Made by a program: the position numbers and the translations under genes. Shown here in pieces: positions 23,796 to 37,475 of a DNA stretch of 57,204 nucleotides; position 1 is the stretch's first letter, and the number at the start of each line of letters is the position of its first letter. The notes beneath the pieces are model-generated. The model saw only the letters and a list, made by a program, of their open reading frames with translations. It was not told the DNA's origin and did no database searches. The stretch comes from Chara braunii (lineage: Eukaryota; Plantae; Charophyceae). The DNA lies in NCBI GenBank assembly GCA_003427395.1, contig BFEA01000011.1, positions 6,302,195-6,359,398 on the forward strand. Direction: 5' to 3'.

Positions 23796-25275
23796 ATGAA
23801 TTCAAATTTGCCCCAAGTACAAGGAACTGGGGTGGGACCATCACAAGGGCAAGGAGCAAATGAGGGTCAGCCACAACATGCTCTGCCACCTCAGGGTAAC
23901 CAAGGTCAAAATCAATTTCAGGGACAAGGACATGGTCAAGGACGCGGTATGGGTAGAAATGTAGGAAGAGGAAATGGCCATGGAGGAAGAGGATTCAGAG
24001 GACAAGGAAATGGCGGACAAGGTGGGAGTTGGGGACCTCAGGGAGGTGCGCAGTCTGGGAATTACAATCAGGTAAGCTTCAACCAGATCGGACAAGGATA
24101 CAACCAAGGGTACGGTCAAGGGTATGCCCAAGGCTATAACCAGAATTATAGTAGGGGGTTTGGAAGAAGTGATAGGCAATGGAGTGATCAAGGGGCCGGA
24201 CGAGGTTGGATAGACTACAACGAGTGCATTTGTACACACTGCACGATAAAAGGATATATTGTAAGCATGTGTCATGTTAGAAGAATAGATGAGCAGGATG
24301 GATTGATCACATCAAGTATCGACGGGGATGTGTTCGATAAGCGAGGAGACAAGATTGACCCAAACATCCCCGGGGGCACAAGGAAAGAGGCCATCAGAAT
24401 TGCAGGGTTTGGACCCAACGCCCTTGCCATGTTTCATATATGGTAGGAAAAAGAAGATCCTTTTGTTTGGGTGGAAGAAGTTGATGAACTGAGTGACCAA
24501 TTGAAGAAAGGAGTGAAGATAAGTGAGGAAAAAAAAAAGGTACACCACTGGTTGAAATTGAGTCAGAAGAAGACAATGTAGTTAGAGAGTTGGCAAGAGG
24601 AGCTTTGGGGAGAATGGAAGACATGATAGATAAGATGAGTAGGTTAAATGTAAGGATGACTGATATTTGCGAGGAGGTGAGGAATCTAGAAATGAAAATG
24701 CCGCATGTATTCACAATGGGTCAGGGGAAGGAGGATGATGAAGCGAGTTTCTAACCCCAGAGCAATGAGAGTCACTCTGACTGTTGGGTCAGAAGCTGCC
24801 TATCAGGCTCTGCACGGAAGCCTAAAGGAGGAAATGCGCCCAAGGAACCAGCACATGCTCCTGTACCACTTCAAGAGAGAGCCTCTATCGAAATAGAGGA
24901 AGAGGAAGAGGAGGAACAGGATGAGTTACCTAGGAGAGGACAAACAAGCCGAGCAGAAGGCTACGAAACGGAAGCATGATGTTAAAGGAGGGAAGGAAAA
25001 GGTTGGGGAGAAGTCAAAGAAAAAGTGGAAGTACCAGACGTCGATTGAAGGAGTAGACCTAGAGAACTTGGTGAACAAGCTTCTTGATAGACATAATGAG
25101 TTGTTGAACCTGAAAAAGATTTTGGCACCAGCACCCAAGCTCAGGGAATTAGTAAAAACAAAACTGGCTCGAAAGAGAGTAGCGACAGTGAGGTTGAGAG
25201 ATTTAATCCCCAAAGAGGCAAATTGGACAGTGGCAGAGAGTAAAATGGACTGGAAATCTGTGGGGATAAGATCCA
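23796..25275 (+). pseudogene. gag: Gag C-terminal region (G/Q/R-rich, CCHC knuckle) and linker
   Basis: CTHCTIKGYIVSMC (Cx2Cx4[H>Y]x4C) follows an RGG/Q-rich tract. Interrupted by stops and frameshifts. Confidence 0.8.
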
Positions 25276-26019
25276 TTGACGTCAGTATCAGAGGGAAAGG
25301 ATGCCCTGGGATGTGTGGATACAAGAGCAAAAATGAACATCATGAATTCAAAAACAGCTGAAAGGTTAGGGTTGGAAATCGACAGAAGAGATTGTAGGTA
25401 CCTTAATGGAGCTAGTGGAAAGTCAGGATACACAGGGATTGCCTCAAATGTAATCATGGAAATAGGAAGTGTCAGAGTCCGATCTTGTTTCTATATCATG
25501 CCTACCTTGGATCTTCCTATATTGCTAGGAAGGTCGTTCTTATCACGATCAGAGACCCTCATCATGAACAAACATGACGGGACTATGTTCGTAATCCTAT
25601 ATGACCCTGTTTGTGGGAACTTCGAGGTCATTACCTGTAAAAATACAGGTCCTCATAGCTCGAAGAACCGGCTCAGTGTTGGGTCATATACTTTTGAGGA
25701 GTCTAAAAATAGAAGAAGAGAATTAGAATGGGGGTCTGATGAGGAAGATGAGGAAGAAGAAAGTGGGGGATTGGTATTAAGCTTGGCCAACATAGACCAA
25801 GCGATGTACATGGTATCTGCATATGATAAGGCGGAACCTGAGGTCATTCGGGCTTTGGCCGATAAGCTGTATGATTATCCTGAAGGAGGAAGGATGAAAT
25901 TGGTATACAGGTCGCCTCGTCAAGAGGAGAAAGTACAGGGACCATATGCCCAAGCCTGCAATCAACATTTTTTAGGGGTGGGCTCAAACAATGGGGGGAA
26001 AGGAGGTACAAGACGGTAG
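25276..26019 (+). pseudogene. pol: Retrotransposon aspartic protease region
   Basis: VDTRAKMNIM (degenerate DTG motif) and LPILLGRSFL. Confidence 0.85.
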
Positions 26020-26183
26020 ATAAGAGAGAGTGTACTATGAGCAGGAAAGATAATTGATTAGGCAGATGAGAGAGAAATGAGGAGCAGAATCATGTCGTAT
26101 TAACAAAGAGACTGAGAAAGATCTGATTATTGGAGAACCTGAGTTCTTGACAAAGCAGGGAAAATACATTAGTAATTGATTTA

Positions 26184-27104
26184 ATGAAGGAGAAGCATTG
26201 TGTGTATGCCTTCAACGATGAGCAAAGACGAAAGTTGGATGTGGACAAGATAGGGATGATCCGGATCCACACAGTCTCACATCAACCTTGGAATGTTAGA
26301 GGAGCCAGGTACCAAAATCCTGATGATCAGAGAAGGGTAGTAGAATACCTTGACGGGAAGATTGACTCTCATGTAGTGGGGTTTTCTAGTGGACCTTATG
26401 CCTCACCATGGTTCTGCTTCATCAAGCCAAATGGGGTCCTCAGATGGGTGAAAAACTTGCAAAGGTTGAACGTTGTAACGGTCAGGGATGCTGGAGGGCT
26501 CCCTAACGCTGATCAACTCTCTGAAGCCTGTGCTGGGAGGTCTATTATCTCGCTCATAGATTTGTACTCTGGTTATGACCAGTTCCCAGTGTATCCTGCC
26601 GATAGACTAATAACAGTCATGCATACTCCAAGGGGATTGATTCACATGAACGTGGCACCCCAAGGATGGACGAACGCGGTAGCCATGGTGCAAAGGAGTA
26701 TGGTGAGAGTCATGCAGACAATCAGTCCACAGATTATTGAACCGTACATTGATGATCTTGATGTAAAGGACCCGATGGTGAAGGATGAGCAAAAGGTTGC
26801 GCCTGGCATAAGGAAATTTGTCTGGGATCATGTCAATGATCTTAGGAAGGTGCTTGAATTGTTACAGGAGTATAACCTTACGGCAAGCAGGGCTTAATCA
26901 AGGCACTGCATGAGAGAGGCCACTATATTGGGCTTTGTATGCAATAAGCAAGGTCGTCGCCCAGACACCACGAAAACGAATAAAATTCTTGAATATTCTA
27001 CTCCGTTCAGGAACGTTAGCGAAGTAAGATGTTTTCTTGGAACGTGCGGATTTTGAAGAATTTTCATCGAAAGGTTTGCTGCAAAGACTGAGCATGTAAG
27101 AAAG
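26184..27104 (+). pseudogene. pol: Reverse transcriptase (Gypsy type), disrupted
   Basis: SGPYASPWFCFIKPNG, IDLYSGYDQF, PQGWTNA, YIDD; stop/frameshift near 26897. Confidence 0.95.
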
Positions 27105-27600
27105 TTGGTAAGAAAGAATCGGGAATGGGAATGGGGAGAAAAGCAGGAACAAGTAGTGAAGAGTTTGAAGAAGAAATTTGGAGAAGGAGGTCTTGTGTTG
27201 AGGGTCCCTTACTATGAAGCTGTTACAGAGCGACCCTTTATCATAGAGACTGATGCTGGACCGACCGCTTCGGGAGGAGTTCTAATACAGACAGACTTTG
27301 AAGGAAAGGAAATACCTTTGCGTTTTGAGAGTCGAACCCTCAATATTACTGAACGGAATTGCTCTCAATTCAAAAAGGAGGTTTTCGTCGTGCTGCACTG
27401 CCTGCGTATCTTTAGGCACTACCTCTATGGGAGAACGTTTGTCCTGAGAATAGATACAACCGCCCGTGTTTATTCCCTCAAGAATTTCTCTCCCACGGAT
27501 CCTACAATCGCCAGGTGGCTCACGTACATCTGGATGTTCGACTTTTAGTTGGAACATATCTCAGGGAACAAGAACAGGGTTGATGGGTTAAGCAGGATAA
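27105..27600 (+). pseudogene. pol: RNase H domain, disrupted
   Basis: FIIETDAG, FESRTLNITERNCSQFKKE, IARW, NRVDGLSR. Confidence 0.9.
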
Positions 27601-28123
27601 AATGAAAGAAGCCTGGAGATGCCAAGGAAGAAACACCACTAGTAGATGGATTTTCGGATGAAGATGATATGCAGCTCCATGTGAACTCGTAGGAACTAAG
27701 TGTTAATGATAAGGTGGCAAGGAGAGGAAAGTCCATGTGGTTTGCACCAGCTACTTTTGTAAAAATCGAAGGGTTGGTGTTGAAACCTTTCGTTGAAGAA
27801 GACCCATGGGGAGAAAGGAATGGAGAATTGATGGAGGAATTGACTTTGGCAGAAAACTACATACTGACTGACGATCCAGTAACAATTGAGGCTGGAACAA
27901 GCCAGGTAGATCAGCACCTGCTGACAATGGGGAGAGTACACTATCTTGTCAACTCACTCCTGCAAGTTCAAGCTGAGAATGAAGGAGAGATAGTAAAGGC
28001 AGACGAGATAGTGCTGAGGGATGATCTTGAATTTGATGAAGAGATGACAGAAGAAGAATTTGAACAAGGTGAGATCTCTCATAAGATTTCCGGGAAGAAT
28101 AATATGACGGGTTTTATCTAGAA

Positions 28124-29365
28124 ATGAGACTTCTTCTCTCCGGGGATAAGCGAGAAAGGGATGTTAGTAAGAAGACTCTTCGTATGAGATATCACTACAT
28201 AGTGAGGGGAGACCATCTCTTCATCAGGGATAAGAGAGGGTCTCCCAGGAGAGTCATTTGTGGTAGGAATCGACAAATCGATGTCATAGCAGCTCTTCAT
28301 GACGGACCCGTGGGTGGTCATAGGAGTTTTGCCACTACCATCAAGAAGGTGATCGAACTGTACTTTTGGGAAGGTATGTACAGGATGATTCGAAAGTACT
28401 ACGAGTCGTACGTCTCTTGCCAAGTCAGGTCTCCATTTAGATACAAGAAGTCTCTACATCCAAGATATATCAAGGATGTGGGGGTAATGATCCAACTGGA
28501 TCTCCTGGCAATGTCATTGGGACTTGGAGATTATAATTATATCTTTGATGCCCGAGATAATCTTACAGGATTTGTTGATGGAAAAGTCATCCGGACCAAG
28601 ACTGGAGCAGTCTTGGCTGACTGCATCAAAGAGTATTACCTCTGATATCCCTTTGTGGTGGAGTTTACAATGGACAGGAGATCTGAGTTTACGTGTGGAG
28701 AAGTGAAGGAGCTGTTGGACGATCTTGGAGTTATTGCCAAGTATACGACCAGGGCACATCCTCAGGCAAATGCACCTGTTGAAAGGAGACACAGTACTAT
28801 CACTAATTTGCTGGCAAAGTGGACAGCTGGGAAGCCAAACCTGTGGCCGAAGTTCCTTCGAACAGTGTTCTTTGTTGAGAATATTACATTCAAAAGAACC
28901 ACAGGTTATGCCCCTGCAACCTTGTGGTATGGAAGGCATGTCACGTTTCCGATAGAAAGTTTCTTGAAGACGTGGCGAAGACAGGGAATTGAGAATGATA
29001 TGCCTCTGGAGGACTCGGAGTTACTTGACATCAGAGCTAGGCAGGTCGGTATCACTGAGGAAAGGATTCAGAAAGCAGTGGAAAGAGTGGCTGACAGTCG
29101 TGGGAAAGACAAAGAAAGATGGGATAGATCTTCGCGCGTACGAGAAGAACCATTGGAGATCGGAGATATAGTACTGTTATACAATTCCTCACTTGAAAAG
29201 CAATGGCCAAGGAAACTGGACAAGAGATGGTTGAGACCTTTCAGAGTCAGACGCAGAGGAAATCATAGAGCCTATGAGCTTGAAGAAATGGATGGAACAC
29301 CAAGAAAAGATTGGATTTCAGGATCTAGGCTGAAGAAGTTCAAGATTAGACAGGAGGTGAGTTGA
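28124..29365 (+). pseudogene. pol: Integrase (HHCC, DDE core, GPF-like C-terminus), disrupted
   Basis: LHDGPVGGH...CQ, IQLDLL, MDRRSEF, HPQANAPVERRH, KLDKRWLRPF; in-frame stop at 28643-28645. Confidence 0.93.
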
Positions 29366-29449
29366 TGAAAACTGGAAGGAAAAACCTGATGATCTTGTAG
29401 AACCTTTATCATGCTATTTTCTTTGCGAATATTCTATTGTTAACCCGTT

Positions 29450-29497
29450 GCTGACTCTTCCTATTATATGTCACTCCCTTTCTTTTTCTGTGTGCAG
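29450..29497 (+). promoter_or_regulatory. Putative branch point, polypyrimidine tract and 3' splice site upstream of ORF2
   Basis: GCTGAC at 29450, then ctccctttctttttctgtgtgCAG ending at 29497; ATG at 29522. Confidence 0.55.
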
Positions 29498-29521
29498 GCG
29501 TGGCCCGGGAAGTAGGCAACT

Positions 29522-31625
29522 ATGTCACAGAAGGGAGGGGTGGCGGGTCCTTCCAGGACAACTCCTGGGAGAGAAGGACGAAAGAAGATGCAGCAGGTAA
29601 CAAGGGATTCCCAAAGGATGCCGATCTACAAAAAAAGTGACAATCTGAGGGTATTTCTGAGGGAGTTTGAAAAATATGCCTTCAGGAGAGAGTGGGATAC
29701 TCAGACCATGCTTTAGCAGGTGACAGGTTTGGGGGAATGCAACGAGGTGATAGATGATATTGCTTCAGATTGTCTGGGGTGGATGACTTTCAAGGCTAAC
29801 ATGTGGGCAAAATATGGGGATTTGATGAGAGATGAGATCGAAGATGATATCATCTTCCATGCTATAAACTTGGAGGACTTTGAGGACAGTATCAACCTTT
29901 GCGCAGATAAAAGGAGGTGGGGTGAGAAGAAGAAGATGGAGCAAGTATTTGAAGAGGATAGCACCGAGGGAATATGGGGCAGTAAAAAAGGTCAGGGAGG
30001 AATCGGATACCTGGGGAGGTTTCCTTGTCAAAATGAGAAAGGCCTATCCCTTGGAGGTACAGCGGCAGAAGAGGAAACAACTGCTTCGGGAACAGAGATT
30101 GTGGATTGGCAAGAGAGGAGAGGGGATGGGGAGAAAAGCTCAGAAGGAGAATGGGGGAGACGACATATCTCCTCCACGGGACGGTGGCGAGGCGAGGGCT
30201 CTAGGTGGAGATGGCTCAATGAGGAAAGGCAAAACACGAAAGGAGGAGCGCAGTGAGAAGGAAGTGGAAGGCAGTGACATGACTCGAAAGGTAAAGAAGG
30301 GAAGTGGAAAAATGAAGGAAGGAAAAGAAAAGGGAAAGAATGATGAGAAAATTGAAGAAGCAGGACTATCTGGAACTGCTGAAGTACCTACTTCCGATGA
30401 ACCTCTAAGAGAACAGAGTTCAAGAAAATTGATAGAAGAAGAAAGGCAGAGGAGAGAGGAAGATAACAAGGAATGGAGGAATCAAGTTGTGGCTTCGTTA
30501 AACGAGAAGGAGTTGCCTTCAGACGCGCCCTAGAACCTGAAGCTGGAAAGGGTATTACTCTCTGAGATTGTGGTCAGTTCCAAGCTAGCCTTTGATGTAA
30601 ACAGATTGATCCGGTTGCATGAACTGCTCAGGGAAGATTGTGAATGGCTCCTTGAGGGGGAGGCAGAAGTGACCGATAAGTTGGGAAAAGTGGAGGAAGG
30701 AAGAAGAAGGGAATTAGAGGTCCCCATTCGGGAACTCTAGGACAGAATAAGGGAAAAGACAGAGTTGCTCACGCAGGGGGTGGCGAGCCACATCCCTGAA
30801 ATTCTGAAGGAGATTAATAGGTTGAGAGCAAGGGAAGAAAGAAGGGACATGCAGTGGACAAAAATGTAAAAGGATATGGAAAGTTTGAAGACTGAGGTGG
30901 AAAAGGTGAAGATTGAGCAGGGAAAGCTGGAAGTTAAGGTAGAGACACTAAGTACCGCCCTTGACAGCAAGAGTAAAGAGGTGAAAACAAAAAATATGGA
31001 AAGAGAAAGATTGGAAAGAGAAGTTGGTAAGTTGGAAGCAAAAGTCAGTGAGCAAGGTAAGGCAATTGAGTCAGGAAAAAGCGAAAGGAAGCAGGAGAGT
31101 GAGAAGTGGGAAAAGAGATGGAAGGAGGTGGAAGAGGCTTTGAAAAGGTCCAAAGGGGATATTCAGGCGAAGGTCGAAGTAGGGGGCGTTAAAAAGATTG
31201 AGGACAGAAGGGAAGACCCAAGGGTGGAAAGAGAAGAGGAAAGACTTAATGATAAGCAAAACGAAGGGTTGTTAGTTGGAATGGTCACCTCGCCTGATGA
31301 GAATGTTGGAGAAACCTCGCTGACTGTTAACAGAGTAGGACAAAATAAGAAAATGTCTTATCTTGAAACATTAATCGGGGCAGCATCTCAAGATATTCCA
31401 TCATCTGCAAAGAGAACAAAGGAGGAGGAGAAGAAGTTATGTTGGTATTGCATGACGGAAATCCACATGAGAGATGATTGTTCTGGGTTTAAGACAGATA
31501 GGACTACGAGGTTGGTTAGCCTCGATGAGAACAACAGACTCATCGATAGAAAGAAAAATCTGATTAAGAGAACCAAGGAAGGATTCAAGGTCCAATTATA
31601 TGAGCAGTTGGGACTCACTTTATAG
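29522..31625 (+). pseudogene. ORF2 downstream of integrase: Gag/capsid-like N-terminus, coiled coil, CCHC knuckle
   Basis: MPIYKKSDNLRVFLREFEKYAFRREWD (capsid-N-like), heptad-rich 30876-31150, CWYCMTEIHMRDDC (Cx2Cx4Hx4C). Broken by several stops and frameshifts. Confidence 0.75.
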
Positions 31626-33309
31626 GACTAGAGTAAAAGCAATTTTGAAATCTCTTTCAGATATGTGAGATATGATTCTTATGAAAGACATTGTATATTA
31701 AGGATGGAGGATAAAGGAAGTAATGTGGTGAGTTTGTTATTTACTCTTCTTACAAACATCAGATAGAGTGTTTTAGTCAATTACAAAGTATGTAATCAAA
31801 TTTTTCACATTTGCTAGGATTAGGAGAGTTTGTAGTATCACGTATGTTCTTTAGACTCGGCATTTGTACTCTAGTAGTTGAGGATAGATCAGACGTATGA
31901 TTCATTTTTTAGGCTATGTGCGTCATTCTGGATCGGTTTGGACAAATACTTTGTATTCAGTTGAGTTAGTTCATCCTAAGTTTATATGCAAGGTATACCG
32001 ATGGGGAACTTGAATACTTTTCACTTTCACAATTGAGTTGGTCCAATGTTTGGGTTTGATTGATGAAATGTATATTTTGGGTATGTGTATAGTCTATGTT
32101 GTCAAATCTTGAACTAGGATGCTCAGAAAAGCGTCTAAGTGTTCAAGAATGACAGAATGAAATGAGACTTGCAAAGTTTGAAAATTGTTTTGCATTTATG
32201 ATCAGTCATTTTGGTTCTTATTGAAAGGGACCCTAAAAAGGGTATGAAAAAGTCAAAGTTTTTATGCATTTGAGAAACCCTGTGAATCAGGGGAAAGTAT
32301 GTTATGAATGGAAAGGGTGTTTTTTTTTAACTTTTGACAAGACAAGAAGTTAAACAAATACCTTTTATACTTTCTTTATAAATATTTTTGTTGATTTTTT
32401 TATTGGAAAAAGATCCCCGAGACGTGTGCCTATCCAGCCTGTGATCGAGGTCTGGGAGGAACGGCCCCTAAGTGGCTCTGACGATGCCCCTCGATCAGAG
32501 ATAAATATGACAATCATGTTAAATCATTTTTTATTGATGAAATTGTTTCTTTCATATATACATTCAATGGGATTGGTCAACCATTCAAAGACAACTGACG
32601 AGGGGAGAAAAATTTTATTTGGTCAAATTGATTTTCATATGTATGTTTTTGAAATGATCATCGCTCATCCACTCATGGAGATCAGTCTGAGGGACTTCAA
32701 ATTACCAAGCCTATGGTGGAAAACTAGCATCGTTAGGACGTAACTCCCAACGTGGGCTGCTGACGAAGTATAACCAGGCAGCGGGCCTTCTGATTACGGC
32801 CTGGGACTAAACTTGAGGGGAGAGACTCCCTAATGATAGTATCGGTTCAAGTAGATATCGGAGGGATCAAGAGTCGGGTCTAGATATTTTGATAGGAGGA
32901 CTTTTATCCTGTATTGTGTAACCAATACGGGTACCACCATTACAATAACAAAACGGTGGGCCGCAAATCCGGCCTGATCAACCGACTGTGGTGAGTTGAG
33001 ACCAAGGTCGCCGATCCCCTCGCATTAGACTTCGGGTTGGACGGTAAAATCTGACTAAGGTTAAGACCCTCGTCCAAAAGAGTAGGATTCAATTATGATT
33101 CCTAACTCCTCGGACACCCAACGCATTTCTGGCAAATAAAGTCTAAAGTTGAGGGGAGAAGCTATCATTATCTTCCTTGGCGACCTCTGTAGCTGTTGTA
33201 TAGATCCAGTATCCCCACTTTGAGTCATGGAATAATATTTTCTTTGGTATTACAATTTTTCGGATATGTGGGAGACCCAGTTTAAAATCCTGGCAGCATG
33301 GACGCACCA

Positions 33310-35450
33310 AGGGAGACAGTGAGAGTCTTCGAACCACAGCTTCATCCAGGAAATTGGATTTTGACAACTTGTCGCGTCAGAAGCCCTTTGTTTGCATTTA
33401 GATTCCACACCGACGGGGACGTCGCGTAATGGGGTCCAGGAAGACTGTCGAAGCAAACACCCTTACAAGGGTATTTGCTCATAAATTTGCATTCGACATA
33501 ATATCGATGTCGGTTACCATAATATTAAGGAAGGTTAGGAGTAAGGAATAAGAGTTTTCGGCATAACGTCGTGAAGCGAATGTCTCGACCGTTGAAGCCA
33601 GGACAAATTATAGAAACACGCCATCACTACACCAAGTAGCGACTACTAGTCATAGGCCTTTAAAAATGTCGACCTTGTCTTCTTCCACTCGACCTCGAAT
33701 ACCAAGCTTATCAACTTTTGAATGGAGTGGTACCGGCATACCCGCTACTTGAGTGTTTTCCTAGTGGCATTTTCACAATGTCGCAACTGCAAGTAAGTAT
33801 CAGCCTTATGCGCCAACAGGTGAATGAGATACCCTTGAGGGTCACGCACACACTCAACCAGCAAGCTCTCCGACAGCCATACAACCCAGCGAACGTGCAC
33901 ACTCACAGGCATAGACACGAGATCATGTCACTAGGTGAGCTAAGACCAAGAATACTTTACATATACTGGGCTGCTCTACTTCTATCAAAAGTAGGAGCTA
34001 GCTCAGTAGGTGTAGGGGTAGAACTGTCAAGCACCTGGTGTGGGGAACGAATCCGCCTGACCTCATGAGCTAGCTCCTTTTGTGGAGGAGCATCGTAGCA
34101 TTTTGCCACACCCTCGGGAGGTCGGGATTCGAGCCCGCAACCTTTAGATTAGGAATGGTTAGACTAGGCTCGTGGTGACAGTAGGCACGACGGGTTAGTT
34201 AGAAGTTAGTAGTTTTCTTTTTATTTTTTTTATTTTTTTTTCTAGATTTGTTTCCTTTGCCGCACACATGCACATGTGCAAGTGTAGGACTGCGTATTTC
34301 CATGTTATAACAGTGGATTCACTCGATTTTACTCATCCTATTGATGACACTATCGTGATGACAATCGTGAAAATCTACGCTTACACACTCACACACACAT
34401 CTTTCCTTGATGTAGCGATAGGTGCCTTCGTTCTTGCTCATCCTATCAATGGAGGTAGAGAGAAGGTTAACAGCAATCGTATTTTTCATCACCACTTCAG
34501 GACACCCTTCACCACTTCAGGATGCAGCCTGCCTAAACAGGTGGTTTTCAGGGTCTTTGGACCTTTCACCACTTCAGGACCATTCAGGTATGAAAATCCT
34601 GAATAGTCCTGAAGTGGTGAAAGCTCCGAAGACACTGAAAACCATACGTTTACGCAGGTTGCATCCTTAAGTGGTGAAGGGTGATTTTCATGGTCTTCGG
34701 ACCTTTCACCACTTCAGGACCATTCAGGACTTTCAGACTGCCCAAAACGCTCACTTGACCACTTCAGGACATCGTTCACCACTTCAGGATGCAGCCTGCC
34801 TAAGCAGGTGGCTTTCAGGGTCTCCAGACCTTTCACCACTTCAAGACCATTCGGGATTTTCAGACTGCCCAAAACTCTCACTTCAGAATTTTCATTCCTG
34901 AATTTTCATCTACCCGATAACCGCTTGTGTGGCGGTAACGTGAGATTCAACCATAGGGTTGAAGACTTACCTGTTCTACTGCTGCGTTGCTCGTCCTATC
35001 AATGGAAAAACTCTCCCTCTCACGCTGCCTTCAGTCGCCCTACCGTCAGCGCTCGACACCCCTTGTGAGACTCCACCCTCATATGGTAAGTATCGGGGTA
35101 GGTGAGTATCCTCTCCCTATCTCTTTTCTTCTTCTTTTTCCTCCCCTTCTTCCTCTTTTTTTTTTTTTTTTTTTCTTCCTCTTTTATCTCTATTTTTTCC
35201 GCCATTTATGAAAATACACATTCGCCCGTGTGGGTGTACTCGTGTATGCGTGTGTGTGTCTGTGTGAATTTCGCAGTCAATCTCACGACACTTGTGTGTG
35301 AATCTACTTATAGAACAAGAACACACACACACACATACATACCCGCGCGCACACACACACACACAAAGAAAGAAAAGAAAAGGGAAGAGACTCGCATGGT
35401 CGCAACTTGTTATAGTTGCTGTAGTCGAGCAATCAACCCGAAATGACGAA
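33310..35450 (-). mobile_element. Nested insertion related to the 7990-10744 repeat family
   Basis: Shares the AGGAGCTAGC hairpin (about 33992-34083), the cccttacaaggg palindrome (about 33460), tgctcatcctatc(a/g)atg motifs (about 8275, 34435, 34988) and a B-box-like tRNA remnant (about 34110-34155, minus). Confidence 0.5.
34488..34890. repeat. Dispersed/tandem accacttcagga repeats in both orientations
   Basis: The motif ttcaccacttcagga recurs many times, resembling transposon subterminal repeats. Confidence 0.8.
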
Positions 35451-35534
35451 CGTTCATTATTATTATTATTACTATTATTTTATTATTTTCTGTTATTGAC
35501 TGTAATGTTACTATTATTAATTTCAGTTTTGATA

Positions 35535-35590
<56 letters not shown>

Positions 35591-36195
35591 TATTATTATT
35601 ATTATTATTAAAACATGTTACTCAGCCCCCCTATGCTACTTACCATATGCAAAGATGGAGGCGTGTGGGATGTGTGATGTATCCACCAACGGTGTCGTGA
35701 GAATGGGTCCGTCATCCGCCCGACCTGTTGAAATGCGCTCATGTGTCTGCCGCTTTCCCCATGTTGTATGCTGCACTTCGAGACAGATCATGCGGCAATG
35801 CGGTTCCTCGTCTGCTGTGTTTAGATCGTGGGCAACGAAGCGTGTCGTCCTCTGTCTCTTGGGTTTTGCCTACGTCAGGTTCTATTGGTATTGCCATTGG
35901 CGGCAGGTGTAAGTGGGTTCAGAAGAGGGGCGTTCCTTTTGCTCCTGCATTCATAATGGAAATCTTGTTTGGTCTATCTGAGCACGTAATATGCGTGGTG
36001 CATTCGTTTCTCTCTCGACTTATGTTTTCTCGATGCGGGGATGCGGTGCACTTTGCCCTTGATGTGTTGGGCAGACGGTCACATCCAATAGAGGGTTAGA
36101 GTGATCATTGGTTCCTTCATGCGCACTGTTTTTAGGAGCATAGTGATCTCACAATCACGGGGAGACGGGAGAAGAAGATAGAGAGAAAATTAAAG

Positions 36196-36244
<49 letters not shown>

Positions 36245-37429
36245 AAAAAAGGAGGAAAGGGACGAAAGGAGAAAACGAGGAAGGAGAGAAAGAAGAAATT
36301 GGGAAAAAGGGGGAGGAGATAGACTATGTATGTAAGTGTGGGAAGAAGAGGACGTACCTGGTCCACCGGGTACGCTACATCGTCAGAACATAGACTGAGA
36401 AACACAATTGATTTCCGAACCTTGCCAATGGAATGATTGCCTTACTGGGTTTCTGCATTTTGTCGAGCTTTGTGTATGTATATGTGTGTGTATATGTGCG
36501 CCGACTATGCGTGTGTGTTACCATAGTTTATTATACAGTCACGGACCGTCAGACACACAGTCGGGTAGCCAGACAGACAGCGATGGACATACAGAACAGG
36601 CAAGACAAATACAAAACAGACATGCAGACACAGACATACAGGCGACAATCAGGCAACAATCAGACAATAAACAAACAGGAACAGACAAACAGACAGATAT
36701 GAAACACAGGGACAAACAAACCTACTGACTAAGATAGACTGACACAAGAAAATACTAATTCAAACAGACAGTCACAACACAAACATACAGACACAAGCAA
36801 CCATGCATAACAGATAATGACAGACATAGACGGTTACACGGGCGAGGTGCAAAGACAGTTAGACCGAAAGTCCGACAGACACAGTCGGACCGAAGATCCG
36901 ACAAACACAGTCGGATAGACGAAACGTCAGACAGCAAGCGACCATGGTCAGGCTTGCCTGCCTGTAACTGGATAATGGTGCCGAGTAGTCCCTAGTTACA
37001 AGTGACATCTGTGTGTTGAAGAACAAGGGTGTGAGTGAGGCGAGAAACATACCTGGTGCCTGCGGCGAACGGCATTGGCCGACATCTGCTCGTACTTCAG
37101 GGGACTGTTGTCGTCACCATGCGACATTTGTAGTTTAGGCTAGATAGAACCTGTTACCTGTAGTTCGGGCGTCGAGCGCCAGATAGGATGTCAACATTGG
37201 TTCTCCATGGATAAGACCTTACCAGCCTTGTTAATTACGAGTTTTTGCTGTATTTTTATTTGGTGGGACTCGTAAAACAATTATGCTTTTGGTTCGAGGT
37301 CATGACTATCTGGTCTCATGCGTATGATGCTGCTTGATTCCTGGAATTTCGCTATTATTCGTCTTCCTCGCAAGTCGGTGAAACTTTGATAATGTAGATG
37401 GCACAGCCTGTCGTTTGTTCGCCTCTTCC

Positions 37430-37475
37430 CTCTGTACCTACGGTGACTGGGCAGTTTTCTTTGGTAATAAGTGCA
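37430..37475 (+). mobile_element. Diverged PLE-like family tail before (TA)n
   Basis: cgtttgttcgcctcttccctctgtacctacggtgactgggcagtt (from about 37411) resembles 1800-1850. Confidence 0.5.

Noticed and set aside
29522-31625. env gene
   Set aside because: No signal peptide or transmembrane segment; highly charged and has a CCHC knuckle.
31700-31730. Polypurine tract followed by TG as the 3' LTR start
   Set aside because: Not conserved at the equivalent position in the minus-strand relative; the LTR 5' boundary remains undefined.
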